This document shows, piece after piece, positions 23,398-36,043 of a DNA stretch of 64,000 nt. The notes under the pieces are model-generated. The model was not told where the DNA came from. It ran no database searches and saw only the letters and a list, made by a program, of their open reading frames with translations. Numbering within the stretch: position 1 is the first letter of the stretch; each line of letters begins with the position of its first letter. Source of the DNA: Lepidodermella squamata (Eukaryota; Animalia; Gastrotricha); contig JBLDXI010000042.1 in the NCBI GenBank assembly GCA_047495785.1, positions 3,596,001 to 3,660,000 on the forward strand. The letters run 5' to 3'. The position numbers and the translations under genes were made by a program.

Positions 23398-25080
23398 TCA
23401 CAATTTTTTACCCGGCAACGCAAACGGCTGAACAGTGGTGAATGCGCCATATTCCGTTGAAAGGGTCGGCATTGCAAGCGCAGGTCTAATATTTTGTGGA
23501 AAATATGAGAAAAAATATTGAGATAGAGGTGGCGATAAACTAACCGGAGTTGCCTGGTTGCATTGAACAGCTTGGGCCTGTGTGCCGCATCCGGTCGATC
23601 CGCAGTCGCAGGGCATGCATTTCCAGTGGAAAAGTCCGCAACAGCACTGAGTATACAAAATTAGAACGAAAAAGGAAAAATGAAAATTTGCATAGTTCCA
23701 CGTGGCTTGTGGCTATAGTCACGTGGCTATAGTCAATTTTGGTGTACATTTTTCGGATTTTTTTCGCGATTTAGATTTTTTCTCGATGCGCTCTATAGTA
23801 TTTAGTATTTATGACCCTTGGAATTCTGAATGTTAGCTGCCCTGGACCCTTATAAATGTAGAGTCATTTTCAATGTTGGTTTTCAAGCCTTGTGATATAA
23901 GAAAAGTCAGTGATTTTGAAAATCGATAATCGATACTTGAAATCGATATCGGATCTTCAGCTGAAATTTGAGTTGTAGGAATTCGTAGTGAGACTTATCG
24001 CTTAGGTCTGTTAACAGGAAAATTTGGTTTCAAAGACAGAATCTGGGAAGCTAAGTGTTGAAGCTTCAAATTAAGCTCTGGAACCCAATAAATCTTCAAA
24101 TTTGTTGTGCTCGCACCTTCATTGAATTATGTGGATAAATTTATGGTGCCGGAATACTGAGAATGAAGTTGATAATTGAGTTCCCCTGTTAGCAAAATAA
24201 ACTGAAAAATTCCAACAAATTCACGGAACCGCGTAAATAACTTGGAAAATAATCAATCTCAAATTGATTACCAATTTCAGATGCCAAGGTTCTCCGTTTG
24301 ATTTTTTTTAATTTATTTTGAAAGGCATCGAAAATTTAGCATTCTCGGTAATCTCTAGAATTTTCGCGTAATTTTTAAAAATTGTTAAAAAAAAATTATA
24401 AAAATTAATTGATGTTGGGAGTAAATGTTTTGGATATTTTTTTCACTCACCGAAGTGGTTGTTACTCCAGCTGTTTGATTGAGATTGTTAGCCTGAACAT
24501 CGTTGAAGTTGTTGTTAACATTGCGCATTCGAATTCGAATGGGCTGATCCTGAGCCGACGATGACCTCGAACGATACCGGCGCCTGTTATACCGACGCCT
24601 ACGGTCGCCTCGAACAATAACAACAGGCCGCTGGCGGTGGTGATGGCGCCGTTTGTGCTCATGATGGCGTCGATTGTCATTCAAATTCAGGTCAATCGGC
24701 AAATTTTTAACAATGTTCTGCAGAGGGTTCAACGCATTCGCGCCTTCTTGGCTGAAACTGAAGCTGAACGAGCGTTGCCGGGTGCCGCGTTTCGCCTTCT
24801 TGCCGCCGTGATGCCGGCCTGAAGTCAGCAGGCGCGGCTTGTTGTCGTCGAAAGCGAACGGCTCGCGGCGGTTCGGGCCATTGTTGTTGTTGTTGTTGTT
24901 GCCGTTTTTCGGTTCTTGTTCGGCGAATTCGTCGTCGTCAATCAAATTTCCGGCATAATTCGATGAAACTATGAATCAGTGAGAAATAATTTAAAACAAA
25001 TCCTGAATTTTACCCAGCTTACCTAGCGCCAAAATCACTCCGATTATCGCGAGGCAAATCAGATTGGAAATTCTCTTCAT
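23398..25080 (-). CDS. Secreted Arg/His/Asn-rich protein with a CCC Cys module, paralog 1
   Basis: Signal MKRISNLICLAIIGVILALG. RQRSFSFSFS, RRHHEHKRRHHHR and IRIRMRNVN motifs. Exon YTQCCCGLFHWKCMPCDCGSTGC. Confidence 0.75.
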
Positions 25081-26101
25081 TTTTCAGTGAAATAATTTGA
25101 AAAATTGAAATAGAAAATTTGCCATTGCGTTATGATTTTGCGCATCGATTATCGTTGCTACGACGCATTTGCTAATTGAGTATCGCTTTATTGATTGGAA
25201 ATGTACGTCCAATCAAATAACGTCTGGAGATGAACTTTTTTTGATTGGACGTAAATTTCCAAGCAATAAAAATACATCTAAAGATGAGCGTGATGCTTAT
25301 GAGTGTGATCTTATATGAGTGAGATCTTCGACGCAAGAATTGAGCTGAATTTAAGGTTTCAAAGCTCTTAAAAGTTCAAAAGATGAGCACGAAAGCATTC
25401 TTTAAAATACCTTTTCCTGATTGAATTTCAACTTTATAATGCCGTGGCGTGGGACAAGTATAAAACCGATTGATTTCATCGGTTTTCATCGGTGTTTTTC
25501 CTTGTGATATAAAAGCTGAACAGCTACCGGCTAGCTTCGATTTTCCCCACCAGTTACCCCAATTCATGGTAATTAGTGGAATCCTCATAGAGGAACCCCA
25601 TTTCCATGCACAATCCCTCCTAATTTCCTATTATTTAATTCGTGAAAAATTCTCTTTCATTTCGTGAAGCCTCATTGAGCATTGAGTTCCCTGCAAACGG
25701 CAGTGTATTTTCTGTCAGTGTTTTATATTAAACTGGATTCGAAACACAGGACTCATCTGATTGGAAAATCCGCAGCATTTGGTTCCACTAAAACATTATT
25801 TCCGTTATTGATCAATTTTGCCGATTTGTCTTTTGCCCAACTGTCGCCTGGGGTTAATGTCGTGAGCGGGAATATTAAAATTTATTTCGCTGTAATTTAT
25901 AACATTTTTGGTAAAATTATAGAATTGCTGTCAGGTCTCAAAGCCTAAAAACACGTAAATTTCCGAAAAATCACTCATCAATCCCATTTTTCTTTATCGA
26001 TAGTTTACTCTTGCTTCAATAATCGAATCAAAGTCTCATATCAAATAATATTTTAAATAATCAGGATGAATAGCCTCAGAAATGTTGTCCGATTCATAAT
26101 T

Positions 26102-27462
26102 TCAGCCACACCGGGCAGCACAGCCACCCATGCCTTGCCAGGAAGGAACGCAAAAGCATTGTCCACCCTTCAGAAAAAACATGCAAATAATATCAAATTT
26201 CAGGAAAAAATCCAGGAAATCTTACCCGGTTCGCCTGGAAATTGTTGTTCCGCTGTTCGCTCGAGCTGTAGCGTTTGCGCTTGTGGCGTCGACCGCCGCC
26301 GCCGTTGTTGCCAAAGTTGTTGCCGAAGAACATGCCTTGCGGCCAAACTTGGGCAGGGCACGTCTGCGAGCCGGCGTCGCGGATGCTAGGGCACCCATTC
26401 TGGCCACAGGTGCACTGCGTGCAATGACCCATCATGCCACTGCAGCAGCATTCAGTACCAGCCTTCATAAATGAAAAAATGAAAGAAATCGATCATTAGA
26501 CTTGATTGATACTGATTTTCTTATGCTACTTGGTACCCTATGTATGTAGAAAGGTTTTCAATTTTCTTTAAAGATTGGTAATATCGGAAAATCACTGATT
26601 CGTAAAATCGATAATAGGAATCGATAATTAATTAATTAAATTATAATTTTATAATTAATCAAATTAATCAAATTAAATTCTACAATTTCGCAGAAATTTA
26701 TTAAAATTTTGAAAATTAATAATCAATATTTTTAAATTATAAAACATCGGACTCACCCCGTTACCATTACGGACAGAATTAATGTTTCGGTTGATGTTAT
26801 TTGTCCTGATGCGAATCGCACTCTGATCATCTCGATCCCGGCTGGAAAAGTAAATTCAAATTAAATCCATCGATTATTTTTCAATCCCATGAATTAAACT
26901 TACAATCGGCGATTAAATCGGCGATTATGGCGGCGATGGCGCCTTCGACGAGGACGGCTAGACACGAACTTTGAAATTTTCCGAAAATCCTGTCTCGTAA
27001 TTTTACTCACCTTACTGAAAAGCTGGAAAGAAATTCGAAATTATAAACTAAAATTAAAATTTTGAGATAATTTATACCTGATTGATCGGCTTCCGAATCT
27101 GCCACTGAAGCTTCGGCTGAAACTGAAACTGCGGCTACGGCTGCGGGAGAAACTGGACCGAGACCGGCGGCGTCGATGGCGCCGTCGGCCTGAAATGTGC
27201 CGCCGATTGCGCTTTTTCTTGCCAGGCCCTGGGTGACTTTTTTGAAGCAGATTACCACCACCCATCGGTTTTGCCGGTCTTAGGACACCCTGCTGGCCGC
27301 GCGAAGCCAGCCCGGTGACTGGATAGCTATCCCCGCCATCAGCACTCACTGTTGAAGAGAAGGGAAACTAATTTAGAAGTTTAATTAATATGGTCTCGAA
27401 CCCAAGGTACTGCAAACTGCTGCCAAAGCTGCTGCAAAAATTAAAAACTTGAAAGATACCAT
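26102..27462 (-). CDS. Secreted Arg/Ser-rich protein with a CCC Cys module, paralog 2
   Basis: Signal MVSFKFLIFAAALAAVCSTL. RSRSRSFSFS and IRIRTNNIN motifs. Exon TECCCSGMMGHCTQCTCGQNGC. Last exon ends CAARCG*. Confidence 0.75.
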
Positions 27463-28371
27463 TTTTCGATAAGAAAAAATCGGGAATATTAGAGATTATC
27501 TTATCTCTTGATAATTGCCATCGGAAGGTCAATGTGAGTCACGTGATTTGAGACCAATTATAATGATGATCGATTCGCAATTTAAAATCGAACCATCATT
27601 ATTATAATTCCTAAATCGCGCTCAAAATAATTTAATAATTGGAGTCTAATTTAAATTAGTATTTACGACTGTTGAAATTTTAGAAGCTCATCCAGATGAT
27701 GTTACTAGACACCTAGATGTGCAACAAATTTTTGAACCGACAACGGCGCGCTTTGGATATAAAATTTCGCTATCAAGCAGAACGGCTCATCATTGTTAGA
27801 GGAAATAAAGGAGAATTAATGCATCTCAAAAAAAAATAGGTGCTGGCTTAGTATAATGAAAATAATTGATATTTAAGCGCGAATATAATCCAGGTGGATC
27901 ATTTTAGAGGGTCAACATTCAACCAGTTTCAATCGGTTTCCATCAGTTCGAGAGATCCAGACAAAAATCCCTTAAGGTACCTCCTAGTTCGAGGATCCAA
28001 CTTTTACACTGTTCGTTTTTGCTTGCCAATGAATTTTCGGAATTTGAGAATTCGAGCGTCTGAATGAAATACAAAAATGTCGGAATAAATTCGTGATATT
28101 GAGGGTAATTGAGGGCTAAATTGGCTTGAATTATCATCGATAACCACCGATCTTGAATGAAGCTGCCAGAATTTTCTCAAAAGAGATGCTGCATATAGGG
28201 TCAATTTCTCAAAAAATGTAGAATGTTTCATTTTTAATCTCATTTAATCTCATGTTTCATTTTTAATCGAATTTTTTTCATCGGCAAATATATCTCAGGC
28301 AAACTGTGTTTTTATTTAACCGAAAACTAAATAATATTGAAAAATATTTCAAGAGTCCGTTCTTTTCATTT

Positions 28372-28778
28372 TTATTCCCAAGGATGGCCATTGTCTAGGC
28401 TGTAATAAGCGGCGCCGTACATCGAAGCGCCGGCGGTGTTTTTCAGAATTTCCGCCGTTTTCTCGAGAATGTCCTCCGCCGGAAATGCCTTCTTCTTCGA
28501 CTGATTCATCTCAGATGACGACGATGAAGTCGAATTTGATGGCGACAAATAGCTGGTGGATTGATCATTGAAAAAGCCACTCGAATTGCCCGTCGAAGAT
28601 GGCGTGAACGGCGACGATGTCGAACGTGGCAAGTGATTTGTTATTCCTGGCGTCGTGAAAACGCCCGAGTGATTCACGATCGGGCTGGTATCTGAACCTG
28701 TCAGGAAAATAAAACCATTTTCATACAGATTTTTTGAAAATTTGTTCACTTACTGTTTAACCATCGCTGCTCCGACAT
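28372..28778 (-). CDS. Small Ser-rich orphan protein, 2 exons
   Basis: ATG at 28778 (MSEQRWLN), GTAAGT donor near 28753, frame-preserving acceptor near 28698, coding-like composition. Confidence 0.5.
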
Positions 28779-31700
28779 TTTTTGTCCGAAATTAAGATTT
28801 TAGGAAAATAAATAAAAAATTGACGACGAGTGGTTTGAAATTTTTGTTTTAAAATCGCGTGTCACTCATTTTCCCGCTTTTTTGCCATAATAATTAAGGC
28901 GCCATCGCTATCTATTTTGAGCAATTTAAAACAACGCCGAAACTATTATCGCTATAATAATTCTGGTCAACCTCATAAAAAAAAGTATCGCCTGAATCCA
29001 GGTCAAAATATAATAAGCACACTTTCTTTATCATTAGTTTCAAATCTATTTTTGACCTAAAACTTGGACGGAGGACGATGTATTATAGACAAAAACGTTA
29101 CAATCCCACACATTTGAAAAAAATTTAAGCAGAGAATCAAGCAAAGCAGCGGAATTCCCCGCCATAACATGATTAATTATTTAATGTCAGAAATAATTCT
29201 GATCCGATCGAAGTAATCGCGAGTTTCGTCCATGGAGCACGCGATCGCCACCTTTTTGTCGGCACCGAAAATAAAAGTTTCGTAGGAACACGTGTCGTAA
29301 TTATTAATTAAATGTGCGGTATTTAAACATTTTTCCAAAACTTATTAAAATTTAATTTCAATTCTCACTTTCACTGCAATCGCTTACAACACGACGCAAA
29401 TTATGTAGTATCACCAGGATTATTTATTCTTTGATCAAATCATGGAACCTTTTAGCCTGTCTTATAACATCAATCTCTAGTCCCAGCATGGTAATGGGGT
29501 CGTTCCGTCGGCTAAAATTGACCGTAATTATTTGATTTGAGTCTATATTCAATTACGATTTCGATTGCCGGATTGCCGACTGCCGACCATACGTCTCATG
29601 AATAGCGAGGGAGATGAACGATTCCGACGCATGAACCTTGCTTCGAAAGCTGCGGGGAACGTTTTCCTGCCTCTGGCGTAACTACATCGATTGCATCAAT
29701 TATATGCCGAGGAAAATTCTGGCAAGAAAATCGATTGACGAAGGCTCCCTCTTGGTCAGCCTGCTCGATAAAATCTATCCATCTTGCGGAATGGCTACTC
29801 AAATACTAGAGACATGGTTTTCCGAGAGAGCGAAGAACTGCTAAGGATGGTATGAATGGTTCCTATCAGTTCAATCAGTCCAAACGGTCAATTCCCTTTC
29901 ATGTCGATTATCCTTATCCATTCCGGTCCTACTTCGCTCTCTGGATTTTCCGTTCTGTCTGAACGGCACAGCTATTACTATTGGCACATATTATTAAAAC
30001 TTGCAAAAATGTACATAAATCACTCGAAGGCCACCTGGATCAATTCGACGTGTTGAAATAAAAAAAAACGAATAGGGAACCGACTTTTTGATGAAAGCCA
30101 AACATATTAGGTATTATATGTTCATCTGGTTTCAAGCTCTACAAAACTGTCTTCAATATTGAACGATAAAGGCATGATTCAAATCATTTGCGATAGCTAT
30201 ATAATGGATCAACTTTCCGGACTACAAAAAAACAAAAATTCGACTATAGCATTAATAAGCAAATCCGGTTCTTTAGTTTCGGTTCCGAGATCAAAAATAT
30301 TAATAAAGTTCGATAAAACCGCTCTTCGCTGGACGCCTATAGATGCCTATATTTTCGATATTTTATGGAAATGTAGCTGGGATGATGAAATATCTAATCT
30401 CATCCTTTTAAACCAAATCCAACCATTTCCAGGAAAACTTGCAAAAATTCAAATTCGAATTCAAATCTGTACTTTTTAACCATAAAAAATGGCAAAAATG
30501 GTCCGAATTAAGACAATTTCATAGAGTAATTCGGCAAAATTTGCAAATTTAGCAATAATATTTTAAAATGGGAAGCCCACATTCCATCACGGGCCACCCG
30601 AAATCTTCCAGATCCGAACTATACAAAAATCCTGTATTGATGTTAAATTTATCAAATTCAAATTTCGTTACTTCATCATATACAATTTACAAAGTTAACT
30701 GCTTGTATTATACAGGAGGCCAGTAATTTTCTTTTAATTTTCCTTGAATTTTATCAGCAAAAGAATAACGTCAGATTGGACGGTATTGCAATCTTTTCTC
30801 TCTCGTGTTATCGAGACTGTAATGTAATTCGCTTTTTCGGAAACTCTGCCTTCATCATGCCCGTCGATTCCAGCTGGACAGGGTTCCAGGTACGTGAATT
30901 TTCGAGATTTCGCAACTTATTGGTTATGAGGCATCCAACGAATTTTTCTATTCAGCATCTGACACAACTGGGCTTGGCCATGATTTTCCAAAATATTTAT
31001 TTAAATAATGCCAGTTTTCCGTATTTTTACTTTGGCTTCACAACAGGCAGCTATTATTAGTTCAGCCTGTGAAGAATTTCATAATTATTTCTCCAAGCTA
31101 ATTACTGCATTTTTCTCATTTTCGAAGTGTAAAACTGGAATTTCAAACTTGGACTGCTGTGTTGTAGTTCAGTTTATAGTTTAACCTGAATATCAAGCAA
31201 AACTCGACATTTAGGGAAACGTGAAACCAACGAATTTAGACCAAGTCCGCAACGTACAAATCTTGTAAGATTTACCTCAATCATTACTCAACCGAAATGC
31301 AATTGAATTCACCTTGGTGCGCGTTATTTTATTTATCCGAAATAAAATGAATGAAAAAAGTGAATGAAAAAATGAAAAAAGTCAGGGGAAAAAATGTAGT
31401 TTAACCTTCGGCATCAACCTGGAAAAAATATAAAATGTTTCGATCAAGAATTTTTTATTTCTTTGTAAGTTCCCAGAGCTTGAGCGCATCCAAAAGTGAA
31501 AAAGAAACAAAATATTACGGCGCACGTGACGCGCCTGTAACGAACGCGTGGAAGGAAGCGCTTTCCATTGATGAATTCTCTATATGGAACAATTCTTCAA
31601 ATCGCGTGCTCATAGCACCGGAATCAAGGCCACGCTTTTCCCGATTGAACTTGGAATCGAGCCATAAAAGATGAGCTCTGTCTCTCAATTCCTGAAATCG

Positions 31701-32283
31701 AATCCTCTCTCATTCTTCAATAGCTCGGAAGCTGACGAGGAAAGTTTAGAAATATTGAAATATTTAGAGTTGTAAACGAATTTTTCAAAGAAGCTAAAAC
31801 TTTAAATGTTGGGTTTAAATGTATCCAGGTTCGCAGATGAATTCGATTAAAATAAAGATTTTCCGTGATAAAAATTGTTCGTTAAAATTCATCTCTACAA
31901 CTTTTCTAATTTCGCTAAAATTTCGTCTCCATAATTAGAATAAATTAATCAAGAATCAGAAGCTGTAAGTAAATAAGCTAAAAAATCATGTCTCCCATCC
32001 TGATGTCGGCTGGTAACCCGCAGTCAGAACGCGTGTGCCTAATTGCGCAACGCAAACAAATCGAAATGTGTTGTTTTTCAAACTTTTTCTAAATTGAAAC
32101 AATAGAAAATCGGCACGCGCCGAGCGCAGCGCGCGAAATGATGCACCTGCTCGTGAACTGTAAAAACAACGGAAAAAAACACGCGTATATAAACCCCGCC
32201 ATCTAGCACATTCAATTTATCAACTGTTCAGTTTTATTTTAGTTTCCTTGTAACAATCGAAAACTCTCGATTAGTGGTGAAAT

Positions 32284-35200
32284 ATGAGTCGAATTATTTT
32301 CGCTCTTCTGGCCATGCTGGCCTCATCTGCCTATGCCGAGGTGGACCTGGCCGTACTCATTACGCAGGAATACTACCAAGCGATAAATTCCGACGATATT
32401 CCGACGCTTCAGTCTTTCGGCAACGCGGCGAACCTGCCGTACTATCTCGACCCCGCGCTTTGTTAGTTCACCTGCTATCAATGAAATGTATCTCTGAGTT
32501 ACAATTTTACAGCCCCCGCCGAACAAATTATGGTTGTCGCGGCCTACGACCAGTGGAAAGGCTCCTGCTTGCTGGTATCCAAGGTGAACGACGTATCTGG
32601 CCTGCTGCCAAGTCAATACATCCGAATCGTGCCTGGAGCGTGAGTTGATTTCATCGGTGTTAATTTATTTTATGTAAATTTGGCGTAATTTTAGAGCGAA
32701 CGCTAACGGTCTCGACGAGCGCGATGAAAACGACGTAAGGATCGGTATCAAGTTCAACGGAAACGGAAATGTAAGAAGCTTTTCAACTGTCTGAAGCACT
32801 ATTTTACCGAATTTTGTCATGTCTAGATCGGAGCGTTTCTCTATGCCATTGCGCTGAAACATTTCAACCTACCGATTCAGTTCAAGCGATCTGACCGCGG
32901 AACCTACATTTCCGTCAACCCAACTATCGCCAACATTGCACCGTAAAAATCTAATATTATATGCTGCGTTATTCAATCATTTTCTCGTATGACTGCACAA
33001 ATAGGTACCTCATCGATGCCGCTACTCCGACCGACCAGCCGTGGGAATACGATTCGCTCATGATGCTTAGCACTGCCTGGGCTGCTGGCCCTACCCCCTA
33101 CGCCGGCTACGCGTACTCAACCCTTGACCCCATGCAAATGTTCACTGTTGGCCAGACCAACTACGTGACCTTCCTCGACAAGAAAAAGGCGCAAATTATC
33201 TTCGGTTGCACAGGTGAGTTTTCCCCAGCAAAAATTCGATTATTTTCACCCAAAAACACTCAAACAATTGTACAAGAAACTAATTCGTAAAATTTGTAAA
33301 AAATATGTAATATTGATTAGAATTATTAGAGATTTACAAAATATGAAATCAAGTTTTTTATTCGCAATTTGACATTTGAAAAATTGAAATTTGAATCTTT
33401 TTATGCAAAATTAAATTTTTTTTTCCACCGACTAATTGCCCGAAAAGCATTAGTTTTTTCAACTTTTCGTGACCTTTATTAGTATCATTCGTGTGCGTAG
33501 ATACAGTAAAAAATAAAAAAAAACGATGCAAAAAACGATTTAAAAATGCGGAAAAATAATTAAAAAAGTTCAATGTCAGTTTTCATCATTTTCATCAGAG
33601 TCCAATAATAGGTGATTCATCTACCCTAGTGATTTAAAAACATGAAATTAATTTTTTCGTAATTCGAAATTCTAAGTTAAAATTTTTCAATTTTAAAGAG
33701 AAAAATTAACATTTGTAGCGCACTTTTCGAAATTTTATGCTTTTCCTTTTTTGAAAATAAAATAAAATGATTATTTTTTCTCTTCATAGTTTGCCCGAGC
33801 CACACGTGCGTGAACGGTGGTTACGCGTGGATCACTTCATGCGGCATCTGCATCTGCCCGCCTGGCCTCACCGGCACCAACTGCGAAACTCGACTTGACA
33901 CCACCCCTACATGCGGCGGTGACATTGTCGTTAACGGTTGCGGAAAGCAAACCATCAGCCTGCCGTCTTACGCTGCGAATGCCGAATGCGTGTGGAAGGT
34001 CTCGACTGGCGTGAGTTGTGACCTTTTTTTTATTCCTTGACGTGTTTTTAACTTCGTTTTGCTACTTCAAAGGTCAACGGCACCGGATTGATTTTCGGCT
34101 TCGAAAAACGCCCTGGAATGCCGGTTAGCACCTGGCGTAAGTCTCGAAGTGATCAGTTGATTAAATGAAGGTGCATTTTTCAAATGTGCAGGCGAAACTT
34201 GTGCCGATTTCGTTATGATCCGCCGATTCGGAGCTGCCAACTACCCTGATTCCGTTCGGAAGTAAGCTCATCGATCAATTGATTGATTTTTAAAAATCGA
34301 TATTTTTTCCTCATTGATTGATTTTTTTAATTCGACAATTTTCGATATAGGTTCTGCATGGGAGGCGTCACCACCGGCCGAATTTTCGAGACTTCTGACA
34401 GCCAGGCGCTTGTTTACTTCAAATCCGTACTCGGTACCGCCCAGGCCTATGGCTTCGATCTTGTCGTCTACGCCACGTGCGGCGCTGATACGCCGGCAAC
34501 TTACACCAAGGAGTGCGTCTTCACGAACTCTGGCTACGACTACGTCGGAACGCTCAACAAGGCTGCTGACAACTCGGCGTGCCAGAACTACGCCACGACC
34601 AGCCCAGCTTACAAGTTCCCGTACAACTTCCCCGGCGGAGTTACCTCGGGCAACCTGGACAAGTGCCGCAACATCAACGGAGCGTCTTCGTGGCTCGAGT
34701 GCCCGACGGCCAGTGGAACCAAGAACTGCTCTGACGCCCCGCGATGTAAGTAGATGATCTCATCGATTTCCCGCCAACCACGCCCATCTATTTGTTCTAG
34801 GCATCCCCCAGTCGCCACCAGAAAAGTGGATCCGCTGTGTGAATAACGATAATTTGCAGTACCAAGGCTGCGTTAAAGAATCCCTGGGTTGCCCTCAGCC
34901 CGACCAGTTCCAGCTCGGTACCAGGACGTTCCCCAGCTACATGCGCTGCGAGAAAGGAGTAAGCGGTCTAAACCATTGATTTTCTCTTAGTTCAATTTGT
35001 TTCAAGGTCGCCATTCGATGCTTCGACCCTGCTACGAACGGCACTCGCTGCATCAACGACAACATGCGATGCTCCCCGAACGAGATTCAGGTAACTCTAC
35101 TACCACCTGTTATTCACCTCTATAATCCATTCATCTTAATTCTAGTTCAAGAAAACCTTCAGAAACTACATTTACTTCGGCCGTAACTACGTCGATTGCC

Positions 35201-35484
35201 ACAACTACGCCCCAGTTGAGGTATTTTAAGAGGATGACTACAAATCGGAGAGTTAATTGTGACCTTTAATATAGGACCATGTCCGCTGCGTAAAGACTAG
35301 CACCCCTGAAGTTCGCGATTGCCGCAAGATTTCGTTCGGTTGCCACCCTGGAGAGGTAAAATTCGATTGATTGATTTTCCCATTACTTATTCGTGTCTCC
35401 GTACAGACCATGGTCTCGCCCGCTTACACCAGCATCAACCGTTGCTACGCGCGCCTTCGCGGTCCTCTCAACATTCCGTTTTAA
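32284..35484 (+). CDS. Secreted inactive astacin-like + EGF + CUB + kringle-like + Cys-rich protein, copy 1 (multi-exon)
   Basis: Signal peptide. Astacin remnants KRSDR.YI.V, WEYDSLMM and VGQ...TFLD. EGF CVNGG..CICPPGLTGTNCE. CUB CGG..ECVWKV..FC. Kringle GYDYVG..CQNY..CRN. Ends GPLNIPF*. Confidence 0.88.
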
Positions 35485-35729
35485 AACGGGGACCAGTTTC
35501 AGCAAAGTTTACCTGATTTCAAGGACATTATAATTTATATACTAAACGAATTTCAATCAGTGATTCTGTATATTCAAACTGTTCACGTTACAAGATGAAG
35601 TTTCAAAAAGGTTTATGAATTTGCTCATCGTTATCAATTTACGAAAATATATTAATCAATAAACACAAAGAGCATATTATTGAAACATTTGACTTTTGTT
35701 TTCTACCGCATTTTGTTGGAAAATAGTCA

Positions 35730-36043
35730 TAAACAAATATCCAAATTTCATCATGATGAAAAATAGTCATATTTGAGAGCTTCGAATTGAGGCGGATAAT
35801 TTTTCCAATCGCAAAGCTGACTGGGAGGTAATTTTCCCAGTTGTAATTTAAAGCAAGAAACTCTTAATTTCAAGCAATTATTCTGGACTGAAACAATTAC
35901 TTGATTGCTAGGGTTCTTGCTTCACATTACAACTGGGAAAATTACCTCCCAGTCAGCTTTGCGATTGGAAAAATTATCCGCCTCAATTCGAAGCTCTCAA
36001 ATATGACTATTTTTCATCAGGATGAAATTTGGATATTTGTTTA
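35730..36043. repeat. Foldback element / hairpin MITE
   Basis: 118-bp inverted arms (35730-35847 and 35926-36043) with one visible mismatch. The spacer is also partly self-complementary. TA at both ends. Confidence 0.92.

Noticed and set aside
29480-31060. Coding-like stretch with several short ORFs
   Set aside because: No continuous frame, splice model or recognisable motif; possibly a decayed gene.
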